Shown here: one piece after another, positions 23,154 to 33,793 of the stretch
Numbering within the stretch: the first letter of the stretch is position 1
How the letters are laid out: the number at the start of each line of letters is the position of its first letter
Assembly (NCBI GenBank): GCA_032718475.1
Contig: JAUCBJ010005399.1
Location: forward strand, 1-34,682
Reading direction: 5' to 3'
DNA: 34,682 nt
DNA from: Nemertoderma westbladi
Taxonomy: Eukaryota; Animalia; Xenacoelomorpha
Translations under genes and position numbers: made by a program
Notes under the pieces: generated by a model
Database searches by the model: none
What the model was told of the DNA's origin: nothing
Seen by the model: the letters and a program-made list of their open reading frames with translations, nothing else

Positions 23154-24321
23154 CTAATGTGACGATCGACCACTAGATTGACTACGAATATCATCCCAAG
23201 TTTGAAACGTTGGCCCTTCCTGTTCCTTCATGAGTACCGGTAGTTCTTGGCCTTTATATTTCTGGTCTTTAACTTTATCTTCTACGTCGTCCCAAGTCTG
23301 ATAGGTCGACACTTCATCTTCCTTGAGGTGTGTTTCCTGGGGCCGCAGTTTATATTCCTCTCCATAGGGGCCGTCCAAGTATGACGTCAGCACTTTAGGG
23401 GGGGGGAGGGGGGTTGGGAAAATCTGATGACGTGCTGATGAGGGGAGGGGAGGGGGTCAGCCAAAATCTGACGTCAGCATGTTCATTTATAGGTGCTAGA
23501 AGAGATATAGCAGAAGAGTAAAAAGCTTGCCTATTTTAATTGTTCGAAGCCCCCGAAGGCCCGTAGCACGACCTTCTGTTTCAGTTACCAGTCACCATGT
23601 TTCAGTGATAAGGACGCGAATTTTTTTTTAATCTGATTTAGGGGAGGGGGGGGGTCAACGCATATCTGATGACATCTGATTTAGGGGAGGGAGGGGGTCA
23701 ACATTTTGGGGAAAAGTGCAGACGTCATACTTGGACGGCCCCATATGCGTAGGGCGGTTTATCTCGCGCGTTATCGAATCTGGATTGGCTGTCAGTTGTA
23801 ACGTCACCGAAACTATAATCATCTGATTGGCCAATCGTCGGTTGGGCACCGAACCTACGATGCTCTTTAGTCTGGTAACTCAATAACAACGGGGATTCCG
23901 GACCGAGTTCATTTCTAAACTGTAGCTGAAATCGTTGTAGAAAGAAGGCAGATGAGCCAATATAGGAAAACATACCGAGAAAAAGTGATAAGTTCAGGCT
24001 TTTCAATAAACGAAAGTTTTTATAATGTCTAGTATATAAAGAAGTTGCACCAATAGTCAATATTGCAATGGGTCCTGATTTATAACGAACTTTATTAGTC
24101 AACCCTTGTAAGGCTTCACGTTCATTGGGTAAATATTCCATAGGTTTATTGTAATATTCGTTCCAATAGGCTCTCAGAAACGGAGACTCACGTCTTCTTG
24201 TTTGCGTTCCCGTATCAGTGCCGGGATTTGAATCAAGTTCGTTCACAAATTTCTGGATTGCCACAGCTTTTTCATATTGATTGTATGACCGAGTTTGTAG
24301 TTTATCCAAGTTTCCTGACAT
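23154..24321 (-). CDS. OCIA-domain-like (OCIAD/Asrij-like) membrane protein, interrupted by a MITE: 198 aa as written, 262 aa if the MITE and one TSD are removed
   Basis: EYLPNEREAL...YKSGPIA [hydrophobic] ... [hydrophobic] FQLQFRNELGPESPL resembles OCIA YIPTEEERRVF...FRSVPLA...CQEKFKKLENSPL. Downstream TWDDIR resembles the OCIAD1 TYEELR motif. 24321..23743 joins 23363..23154 in frame. Family call is tentative. Confidence 0.6.
23367..23742. mobile_element. PIF/Harbinger (Tourist-like) MITE, 376 bp
   Basis: 30-bp TIR GGGGCCGTCCAAGTATGACGTC(A/T)GCACTTT with one mismatch; 3-bp TSD ATA at 23364-23366 and 23743-23745; internal GGGGAGGG...CTGA(C/T)G subrepeats. Confidence 0.92.
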
Positions 24322-25285
24322 CTTCTTAGACTTATTTAGTCAAGCCTAAGCCTGTAAGTTTACAGCAGTTGTACCTCCTGACCGGGCCGCTGTCGCTATT
24401 CCTTCTCGTGCAGTTGTGTTACAGGTAGGCCAGTTCTTATAAGGCCCAGAGATCAACCAGTCGTTAAATTAATATAGGTACCGGTAGAGTTAATTAAAGT
24501 AGGCCTAGAATTTTACAGTAGGATAGGTAATACCGGTACATCATGATTGCTGATTTGCTAAATGCTAACATCAAATCTTAATGAGAAGATCAAGAGCTGA
24601 TGTAGGCCTGGCCTACTCTAGTGCAGAAGAAAAAACAATAGTGAAGCAAGGCGCTGATAATATTTATTATAAATTATAGAAAAATTAAATTATAGAGCGT
24701 CTTTATTAAGCGAATTTATTTTATTATTTATATGAATTATATAAATTATTATTTTAATACTTATAGAGCGAAATTATTAAATTGTAGAGCGTCATACCGA
24801 GCTTTATAGCATCTGCATAGCATAAAGTAAAGTAGATCAAGGGTGTTGATTCTTATTAGAAAATTCGATCAGTCTGTCAGTCAGTTGTTTACATGCAGAG
24901 AATAGGGTCTTTTAAAATGTTTAATAAATTTAATGGTCGAGTCAATCTATCAAAAAACCCGTATCTAATTCGCAATCAATCGGAACCACATTTGTTGGAT
25001 TATACTGTAACCTTGTTAATGGCCAAAAAAGTACATACGGTATAATGGAACTGATGCAATTATTTTATTTATTTGTATGGAATTAATTTCGCTCTACCAA
25101 ATCGCCAGGGCGACATATTTTCTAACTTTACATTGTAGTGCGACATTATTTCTCAGTATGTCCAAAACGCCATACATTTTACTATGTTTTTCCAGTATGT
25201 CACCGCCTCATTATTAGGTTGTTCTAGAAAGTTTAAGTGTATAACTACAAATAATTCCCCACAAATAAATAAAATTAGATTCGCT

Positions 25286-25398
25286 ATTGTTCATAATTAG
25301 CACTTTAAAGCTTTTACGGCCCTCGTTCTATTATTCTCGTTATATTATTCTATTATCACTCGTGCCGTAACGCTATAAAGTGATATTTTATGAACAAT
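25286..25398. mobile_element. Small fold-back (MITE-like) element
   Basis: ATTGTTCATAATTAGCACTTTAAAGCTTTTACGGC is an imperfect inverted repeat of GCCGTAACGCTATAAAGTGATATTTTATGAACAAT. Confidence 0.6.
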
Positions 25399-26918
25399 GA
25401 CGTATAATTCCACTGCAGGGAAATGTAATAATTTCCAATAATGTTCGAGAAGATTTTTCACATAATAAAATTGAGATTACTGTATTGAATTTAGGTGTAA
25501 TTAATTTATTTGTTTTAGTTTCAAAATCATAATAGTTTATAATATGGCTGGGTATATTTTTTGGGTATACAAGTTTTAGGGGTCAACAAATCTGACTTGT
25601 CTACGCCAATTTTGGAGAAGACGCCACCCCCCCCCCCCCCCCCCCACCCCCCAATAGTTGCCTTGTTGCTATGTAAAATCCATGTTGTTATGGAAAGAAA
25701 CAGGAAATTGAAAGTGATACGCAGAATATATTTTTAGGATTTTTTTGGGATATTAACATGGTAATATAGAATAAAAAAAATGGTTAAATTACCAATTTGT
25801 TATGGGTTGACCACCTTTTTTGGCTAGATTAACTCATAAAGACTATTCTAATTGTTGACTTGGTTGATTAATTAATGAAGTTTGTGACATTAATGATGTA
25901 TGTTAACACAGTTTATACAAATAGAGCTCACGAAATTTGATCTCAAGGGTGGGAGGGGGGGGGGAGAGGTGGGGAGGAGGGTGGGGGGTTGTTTTAGTCT
26001 GATCAACCAGATTTTATCTGAGTCCGCATGCCAAAAGCATATCTCCCGTGTTTCACTGTTAAGTCATAAGTCTTTTCTTAAAAAATAAAGATGCGTCTCA
26101 CATTTAATGGAACACTTGAACATTTAATGGATGTAACCAATCACAGGCCTCTTGCCAGAAAGACTCATGTGTCAATTGTCAAAAATAGAACATGGGACAT
26201 AATCACTTTCGACCCATGGGTCGTAACAAACGATTTATAAACGATTTAACGAGTTATAACTTGCCACTGTAACCTTTTACTGTCCCTTCACGTTTATAAC
26301 AGTTGTCGGTTATGGTTGTCTGCTGTCGGCGTAGCGTTTACACCCAGTATCTCAGCCAGCTCAGACCCCTTAACTTACACAAACTTGTTTGTTAGTAATC
26401 TTAACACACCCGGTATGGGTCGGTATAGCTCCAAAAGTGAAATTGTAACCTGTGCTATTGACTTTCGTTTATTATTTTGGTTAGAATAACTTGCCTCTAT
26501 AACCTGCTCCTTTTTTTAAATTTATAATTAATTAGCTAGACTAAATATAATAATTAGCTGAGGTAGATGGGAATAGCTTCCACCCCCCCCCCCCCCCCCC
26601 CCCCCCATGACTCCATAATCAAACACCATCACCATGACGTATGTCTCTGTTGCATTGGTCATTAAAAATATCTGGCTGCGTTTTGTAGAACTGCACGGGT
26701 CGGTTTATTGATAAACACACTAACACTAATAATACTAAATAACGAAAAAATACCATCTGGATACCAAAATAAACCAAATAAAATGGGGGCCGATTTTAAC
26801 GAGCCCAGTATTAAATTATATGTCTTAATCCAATGAAATAAACTAACTAAATAATTCCTTAGGATGGAGAAACAATGATAATAATACCAGAAACTTGTTC
26901 AACGTCGATGGGTTACAA

Positions 26919-28544
26919 TTAAACTTTAGTTAGATGTTGAATAATAGAGGAAGGGAGTAATCCTTCTAGACGGTCTACAACAAGGTTTATGGGAGTGGCC
27001 ACTGTGTAGAGGAAAGTCTTAGCGAAGGAGCCCATAGAGTCTGGGTATTGGTGGGTGAGTAGGGCGAGAATGGCCGTGAACGAACACAGACCCGCCGTAA
27101 AGATGATAAAAAATGGTAACTCCTTCTTGGGATAGACGGATACCTCATGTATGGAGGGAAGTAGCTCCCTGTCTGCGGTTTCGGTGCACGATGGGTAGGG
27201 GTAGAAGAGGTGTCCCTTCTCTAGTGGATACGGAATCATACGGAAAGTTCCTTCCCAGGTGCAGTGGAGTAGGTTGAGGGCTCCATCTACTCTCTTCCAG
27301 TGAGGGTAATGGAAGAATGAGTAAGCGATAGCCTCGCTGTCTCCGCGCTTTAGTATGTGCTCGGGGGGAAGTAGAAGCGACTTCATCTCTAGTAGATACT
27401 TGGGTACGTGGGGGTTGAACTCGACCGCTCGGTGTATGGCTTCCACTGCGTTCATTTCGGCTGTGCTGAGGCCCCGTTTGCTCGCGACCTCCGGTGAGAA
27501 CCGATCCGCCACCGAACGCGCTTTCAGCAGCGATGCCGTGTAGCAGATGGTCGCGCTCTTGGGTAGCGAGATGTCGTCGTACTTGGCGAGAACCGCCTGA
27601 ACGTCGGCGTAGGCCTGGAGTTCCAGCAACGCCTCGATTAGGTTCTCGTGGATGTTGAGCACGGATGTGGTCGGGAACTCCTTGATAAGATCGCGCATCA
27701 GTTTGACAGACTCTTTAACTTTCCCCAGCTTCCGCGCGCACATCGCGAGTCTACGACGGATGTAAACGCACACGTTGGTGTCCCGCCGGTAGGCCGTCTC
27801 GTACTGATGGCCCTGGTTCTGCATGGTCTGCGATCTCTTTGCGTTAGCCTCGGCGACCTTTAGACCCTGTTTTAGAACGCGTTCTACCTCCACTATGCTT
27901 GTACATTCCTCCTCGGAGAGAAGGATGCACGCAGTAGCGCATTCAGGTTGCTTCTCCAGCGCCTCGTGCGCCAATTTGATTCGTTTCGCTGTGTTGCGTT
28001 CCCGCCACGCTCGTTTCATTATCTCGTCACCAGGACGATTGAGGTCCGAGTCGCAGCAGAAGAAGGTCTGATGGTCCTGCGCCGAGAGGTTCATATCGTA
28101 GTAGGTTAATGGCTCCTTTCCGGTGACCCATTGGAACCTGCTGTATTCGGAACCACGGAAAAGGTTCAAAGGGTTCCGCCACACCTTACATTCCGGTATA
28201 TTTTGCTGGACCGAAGGTGTTCCATTATCGTTCCCGCCATTACTGGATGCGTTCCCACCACCTTCATCACCGTTCCCCAACCACGGCGATAAGTGATTCA
28301 ACGACATTTGTTCGATGAAACTTGTGCCATATTTCCGGAAGTACCACCATTCGAAGATTAATATGAGACCGGATATGAGAGAAGAGGTGCCGGTTAGGGC
28401 TACGTAGAACTTTGGCGTCAAGGTATTGAGGAACATGGCTACTATATTTACATTCTCGCCAGCCATTAGTGGAGCTTTGAGCAGGTAAAAGACAATGAGG
28501 ACCGTTATAGTAACAGACAGTAGAACCAAAAACTCAATAATCAT
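26919..28544 (-). CDS. ST7: Suppression of tumorigenicity 7 protein homolog, 541 aa, single-exon CDS
   Basis: [89 protein letters not shown] and TADRELLP...KKELPFFI are hallmark ST7 blocks. Confidence 0.98.
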   Translation of the reverse strand: MIIEFLVLLSVTITVLIVFYLLKAPLMAGENVNIVAMFLNTLTPKFYVALTGTSSLISGLILIFEWWYFRKYGTSFIEQMSLNHLSPWLGNGDEGGGNASSNGGNDNGTPSVQQNIPECKVWRNPLNLFRGSEYSRFQWVTGKEPLTYYDMNLSAQDHQTFFCCDSDLNRPGDEIMKRAWRERNTAKRIKLAHEALEKQPECATACILLSEEECTSIVEVERVLKQGLKVAEANAKRSQTMQNQGHQYETAYRRDTNVCVYIRRRLAMCARKLGKVKESVKLMRDLIKEFPTTSVLNIHENLIEALLELQAYADVQAVLAKYDDISLPKSATICYTASLLKARSVADRFSPEVASKRGLSTAEMNAVEAIHRAVEFNPHVPKYLLEMKSLLLPPEHILKRGDSEAIAYSFFHYPHWKRVDGALNLLHCTWEGTFRMIPYPLEKGHLFYPYPSCTETADRELLPSIHEVSVYPKKELPFFIIFTAGLCSFTAILALLTHQYPDSMGSFAKTFLYTVATPINLVVDRLEGLLPSSIIQHLTKV

Positions 28545-28811
28545 TGTAGTAGAATCGTCTTAGACGCTCGAAAACACGGAATAAAGACCCACAATCCAAA
28601 TGATAGGCTATGACCAAAACTATTCATAAATAACCACTGAACCAACAGAACAAACCTATGAATCCAATTATTAAGTGTGTAAGTAATTGCAATTGTTTGG
28701 CGTTATCATGAGTGACGAACTGACGAAGACACTCCGATTGTGTGGTACTACTGGTATATATATACTTAGACCTAGCAGCCTAGGCCTATATTAACGGTAA
28801 GTTGTTTAGCC

Positions 28812-29090
28812 CTACTCAGTTTTCTTTATGTGATTAGATTTATCAACGACTTCTGTTTCGTATTGGAGTTGGGAAAACTTCTTATTAATAGAGGATCGAT
28901 ACTTGAGCCAAGCTGCAACGATTAAGAGAAGATTGAAAACAGAAAGGACTGCCAAGAAATAACAAAGTCGATCTTGAAAATCAGTTGTGTCTGTGTCGTC
29001 GTTACCACCAATATAGAAGACTAATGAAGTATACTCACGAACAAAGTGTGGTAGTTGGTACACAAAGTCGTAGCCAGATCCACCATCCAT
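28812..29090 (-). CDS. Small single-pass membrane protein (~92 aa), function unknown
   Basis: ATG at 29090 (MDGGSGYDFVYQLPHFVREYTSLVFYIGG...), acidic linker, TM helix LCYFLAVLSVFNLLLIVAAWL followed by basic KYR. Lies 267 bp upstream of ST7 on the same strand. Confidence 0.6.
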   Translation of the reverse strand: MDGGSGYDFVYQLPHFVREYTSLVFYIGGNDDTDTTDFQDRLCYFLAVLSVFNLLLIVAAWLKYRSSINKKFSQLQYETEVVDKSNHIKKTE

Positions 29091-29719
29091 TAACAATAAC
29101 GATAATGCTGTAACAGTGTAATGCGACCAATGCTGCAATGCTGCAATGTAAGTTGTAAGTGTAGTCTAAGGCTGCTAGCAGCAGTGCACAGTGCTGAGCA
29201 GATAGAACAGTACCGGTAACTAAGTGGCACAGACAGACAGACGCAAGACAGACTGACAGATATCAATTCAGTGAGGATGGAAGACCTATATGGAATACTG
29301 ACAAAAAGCGCGCCACACGCGTCCTGGTTAAACGAAAATCGCGCCCGCCATGATATCTAATGAGCGCCAAGCCAACAATTGACTATGAAATTTTGCAGTA
29401 ATTGCTTAATTGTAATAATTTATCAGTTTATAATGCTGTAGCCCTACAGTATTTTAACATTAACATGCGAGCGTAGCGAGCAAGGAAATTTTCCAATTAT
29501 GTTAACATAAATACAGTCTGACAGTATGCAGTAATAGTCAGATAGTGCTGTAGTTGTAGTAGTAGTAGTAGTAGGTCAACGTCAACTGACTGTTTTTAAA
29601 CGCAGATGTGATCAAATGCGAGCGTACAGGCGTATCGAGCACGAAAATTTTAACATTTCAGCATTTAAAGTAGGCAAACCGACTGTTTTCAAATGCAGAA
29701 ATGCAGATGTCATTAAATT

Positions 29720-31179
29720 CAGTTAGGTACAATGGCCAAATCTGGCAACCTCAAAAGTTGCCACATATGGCAATGTTTATTGCCAAATCTGGCAACTTTT
29801 GGTTTTTCTAATTTTCGCACGCCCAGAAGCAAAATCGCATTTTGGTAAATAGTTAAGTGAAAAGAGCGCGAAATTTAAATATAATTGACCGTATAAGAAA
29901 AAAAATCATCGTCTGAATTTCTCTTAGCAATAGGCCGAAATGTGCCTAAAATAATTATTGCCATTTTTGGCAACCATTAGAATTAAAGAAAAATAATGGT
30001 TGCCATTTTTGGCAACAATTATTATTGTGCAGCCCTGTCAGTAACCCTGTCATTGTAAATTACTTCAAAATTGTTTACTGCTTGCTTACCCTTGTCGGGT
30101 TGTGATGATTTATAAACATTATTAGTTGATGAAATGTCAGAATGTAGGTCTATTTGATATGTTGTTAATATGTTAATGGACAGATGGATGAGTCTGTAAC
30201 AGATACCGTACTGGTAGGCTGGTATAGCTGTATAGGGCCTATGGTATAGGCATAAACAAATCTAAAGAATCACATGCTTCAAAGGCTGAAATGGAAATAA
30301 ACGTAATAATATTTGAAAACATCAGAACGTTAACATCACCAAAAGGCAGCAAGAAGGCAAGGGGGCATTAAAGTTTGAGAAACGGCGTGACGGAAGAAAA
30401 ATAGTGTCAAAATTTAGAAAGACTGATAAAACCAAAATGCGTGTTAACAAGTTAACTAAGTTAAGGGATTCAACAAATTGTTTCTAGTACTGCTAGTAGG
30501 CCCTAATCAGCTAATGAAAAACGGGATGAAATTATTTTCATTATATGTCTGTATGTACTGATGTAGGAATGGAAAGATAGATATACTGAACTGATATAGA
30601 GTGAAGGATGATTTAGATTGCTGGGCAATTGTATCAGCATTACACAGTTACAATCTTTAACTACTAAACTATTATTGGTACAAACAACAATCAACCACCT
30701 CCAGACCTCCCCAAGCAGCGCCAGAGATTACTAGCAAAAATGCCAAAAAACTATCACCAGTCAGTCTGTGTTTGTGTTATTGACTCTCATTCTCACCTCA
30801 TTTATTAGGATATACTGATATATTGCTGTATTGGTTAGAACTTAGAATATGCCACTACTGGCTGACTGGTATGGTATAAGTATAACCTGTAACCTGGCCC
30901 TACCGCTACCCCTTAGCCTTTTTTCTAGGCCTAACATTAACATTTCAGGATCTAAGGAATGACCATACTGCCATCAGCATAGAAGGACTTAATGACGCAG
31001 AACCATATAATCCATATTCAATGAGTTAGTCTGTTAGTCAGTTGGTTAAGTTGCCAAATATGGCAACAACGGCTTTATATAGTTGCCAAATCAGGCAATC
31101 AGAAATGTTGCCAAATTTTACTTGGTTGCCAAATATGGCAATCACAATCATTGCCAGATTTGGCCATTGTACCTAACTG
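29720..31179. mobile_element. Non-autonomous TIR transposon, 1460 bp, perfect 29-bp TIR, 5-bp TSD
   Basis: CAGTTAGGTACAATGGCCAAATCTGGCAA at both ends; AAATT at 29715-29719 and 31180-31184; at least seven subterminal TTGCCA-N4-(T/A)GGCAA palindromes. Inserted into a GCGAGCGTAGCGAGC-type repeat. Confidence 0.9.
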
Positions 31180-31541
31180 AAATTGCGAGCTGGCGAGCGT
31201 AGCGAGCACGGAAATTCTGCTGAATCATGCAGGCTGTCATGGTTTTATTGGTTTGAAGAATCTGACAATTGAAAAACTTTTGAAACAAGTCATGTTTTTA
31301 ATGGTCATGCTCAATCTTTCTGTTTCCATTTGTCCACAGCCAGACACTCAGACAGCCAGACAGTGCTAAGAGAAGGCTTAGGGGCCTACAGTATAAACGA
31401 GAGCAAAGCGAGCGTACATTTTTCAATCTTTTTAAACCTATGGAATAATTTCAAATAGAGCTGTAGAGTGGGATGTGTTGCCAGTGCACTGCTAGACTGC
31501 TACGCTACGTCCTACTGTCCTAACCTAACCCTACATCCATA

Positions 31542-31673
31542 TTCGCGCCAGGACCGCCAGGATCCTCAATGCGCGCCACACGCCCCTGTCACTACGCGCC
31601 AGGCAGCCAGGATCCTTAATCCGCGCCACACGCCCCTGTCACTACGCGCCAGGATCCTTAATCCGCGCCACAC
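31542..31673. repeat. GC-rich ~40-bp tandem repeat (CGCGCCACACGCCCCTGTCACTACGCGCCAGGATCCTTAAT), ~3 units
   Basis: Direct inspection; related GCGCGCCACACGC at ~29308. Confidence 0.8.
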
Positions 31674-32469
31674 ATGTTGAGCAAACTCTACACAGCTACA
31701 TAAATTCCAACCTGGATGGAAGAAAGGAACACTAGCAGACTAGGCCCTATCCTAATTCAGTAATTTAAGAACTATGAACTAACTGCCAGACTGCTGACTG
31801 GCTGAACCTGAACTGTGCTACTGCAGTACAGTACCGGTCAGCCGGTACTACTTATTTATTACTGAATTGGAATTAGGCCTATAATATCTTTACTGCAGTA
31901 CTGCGATACAGCAATACATCAATATATCAGTCAGACTGTCAGATCCAGTCCTTGGTCAGATCCAGTACATTTCAGTATTTTGGTAGGCCTACAATGCATG
32001 ACAATGCAGCAGTCAGAGACAGTACAGCAGTAGGTCACTACTACTGTTTACTACAGTTTACTATACAGTTTACTACTCTGTACTAACAGTTTTAGTTGTT
32101 GCTTTAGGGCATTACCAAGGACTACTATACTACACCATGTCCTGGAATATAGTGTCGTTATTCAGGTACCTACCCCCCCCCCCCCCCCCCCCCCAAAAAA
32201 AAACCATTTTCTACAAATCTTAATGAGATATGGCATGAAATTTGAAACAGAGATAATCAAAATGTTCTAGAACATTGTGTATTTATTTAATAGAATAAAT
32301 GGCCTGCAGTGGAAGCAAATACATGCAAAATTCGAATGCCCATATCTCAGCAATTTCCCAACCAAATTCAAACATTTTTACATATTTGGAATCCTTGCGC
32401 GGTCAGCTTTCCACTAGTACCAACAAATCACTAAATGGTTGAAGAATAACTGCGGTGTAACTGGTGCAA

Positions 32470-33046
32470 CTAATACTCAAGCGCCACCTCACTCAAATTT
32501 ACGTTGCAAACCGTATCAGACAAACTATATTTTCTATTTCTTTTTAATATATGTCCTGCTTCTCCGTTGTATATGTACAGTAATTTGTTCTTTACTACAC
32601 TTTTTAAATTATAAATATTTTATTTTAAAGCATGCGGGAGGCGAATTTTAATTTCAATTTTAGTTAATTATCATTATTATTAGTCGATCCAGCACTTAAT
32701 GTAATCAACCACTGCCATGTTTTATTGAACATATCAAAGTTTTAATTAGAATGTAATTTTATACAGTATGTTTTACCTTTACTTTTAATGCATTTGTGTT
32801 CGTATTGTACGTTGTGTTGTCTTGTATCCCTCGTATTAGTAAGTCATCATATCCTCCCATTCATTATTCCATTATATTACTGTGAATTGTAATAATTGTA
32901 TACTTAGTGAATATATTATACTTGTGACCTCCTACATAGTCGAGTCATGTTTGTTTAGTTTAAGAAGATATAATTTGTTTCCATTTGCGTCTCTATTATT
33001 GTTTCTATAGTGTTTTGGTGTAATAAAAAACTTCAACTTCAACTTC
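32470..33046 (+). mobile_element. Probable degenerate 3' end of a CR1/L2-like LINE
   Basis: NTQ...SNLRCKPYQTN...SLLHFLNYKYFIL loosely matches CR1/L2 ORF2 C-termini. Followed by an AT-rich UTR-like stretch ending AATAAAAAA(CTTCAA)n. Confidence 0.5.
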
Positions 33047-33793
33047 ACCCTAGCAGATGCACAGCTTCTACTAAATAAAGTGGAGAGGGCTGCTAAGGAG
33101 GTTGGATTGCATATAAATGCTACAAAGACCGAATTCATGACCTTTAATGTTGATGGAAACTTGACAACCATTGATAATAATCAACTAAGGAAGGTTGACG
33201 ACTTCCAGTACCTTGGATCATGGATAGAGAGTAGCAAAAAGGACATAGAAGTTAGAAAAGCAAAGCAAAGGCTTGGGTAGCTCTATCAAAAATGGATACC
33301 ATCTGGAAATCAGATCTCTCCATAGGCACCTGAAGACTAAGTTCTTTCGAGCCACAGTGGAAAGTGTATTTTTATACGGGGGTGAGACCTGGACACTGAC
33401 TAAATCACTTGAACAACGAATTAATGGTTGCTACACAAGACTACTAAGGGCAGCCCTAAACATCAGCTAGAGACAACACAAAAGAACACATGACAAACGC
33501 CGAGCTTTATGGTACAATACCACCTGTATCAACCACCCTCCGTGAATGTAGATTAAGATTCAGTGGGCACTGCTGACGAAGTAAAGACGAGGTCATACCA
33601 GATCTACTTTTCTGGCAACCAACTCATGGAAAGCGTAGTCGTGGACGACCGGCCATAACATATATACAGTAGATCAACTTGAAAGGGATACTGAACTTGG
33701 GAGAAACGAAATTGCGACAACTATGGAGAATCGGGAAGCCTGGAAGGATCTCATTTCCACTGTCCGAGTTCGCTCGACCTAGTAGTAGTAGTA
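33047..33793 (+). mobile_element. 5'-truncated RTE-clade LINE, degenerate (frameshifts and stops)
   Basis: TLADAQLLLNKVERAAKEVGLHINATKTEFM...VDDFQYLGSWI...KTKFFRATVESVFLYGGETWTLTK...RLRFSGHC...GKRSRGRP; (TAG)n tail at 33780-33795. Confidence 0.93.

Noticed and set aside
23154-23393. Independent 79-aa gene
   Set aside because: Its start is a GTG inside the MITE; the remainder is the displaced C-terminus of the 24321 ORF.
27355-28071. Antisense ORFs within ST7
   Set aside because: Shadow frames in a GC-rich CDS.
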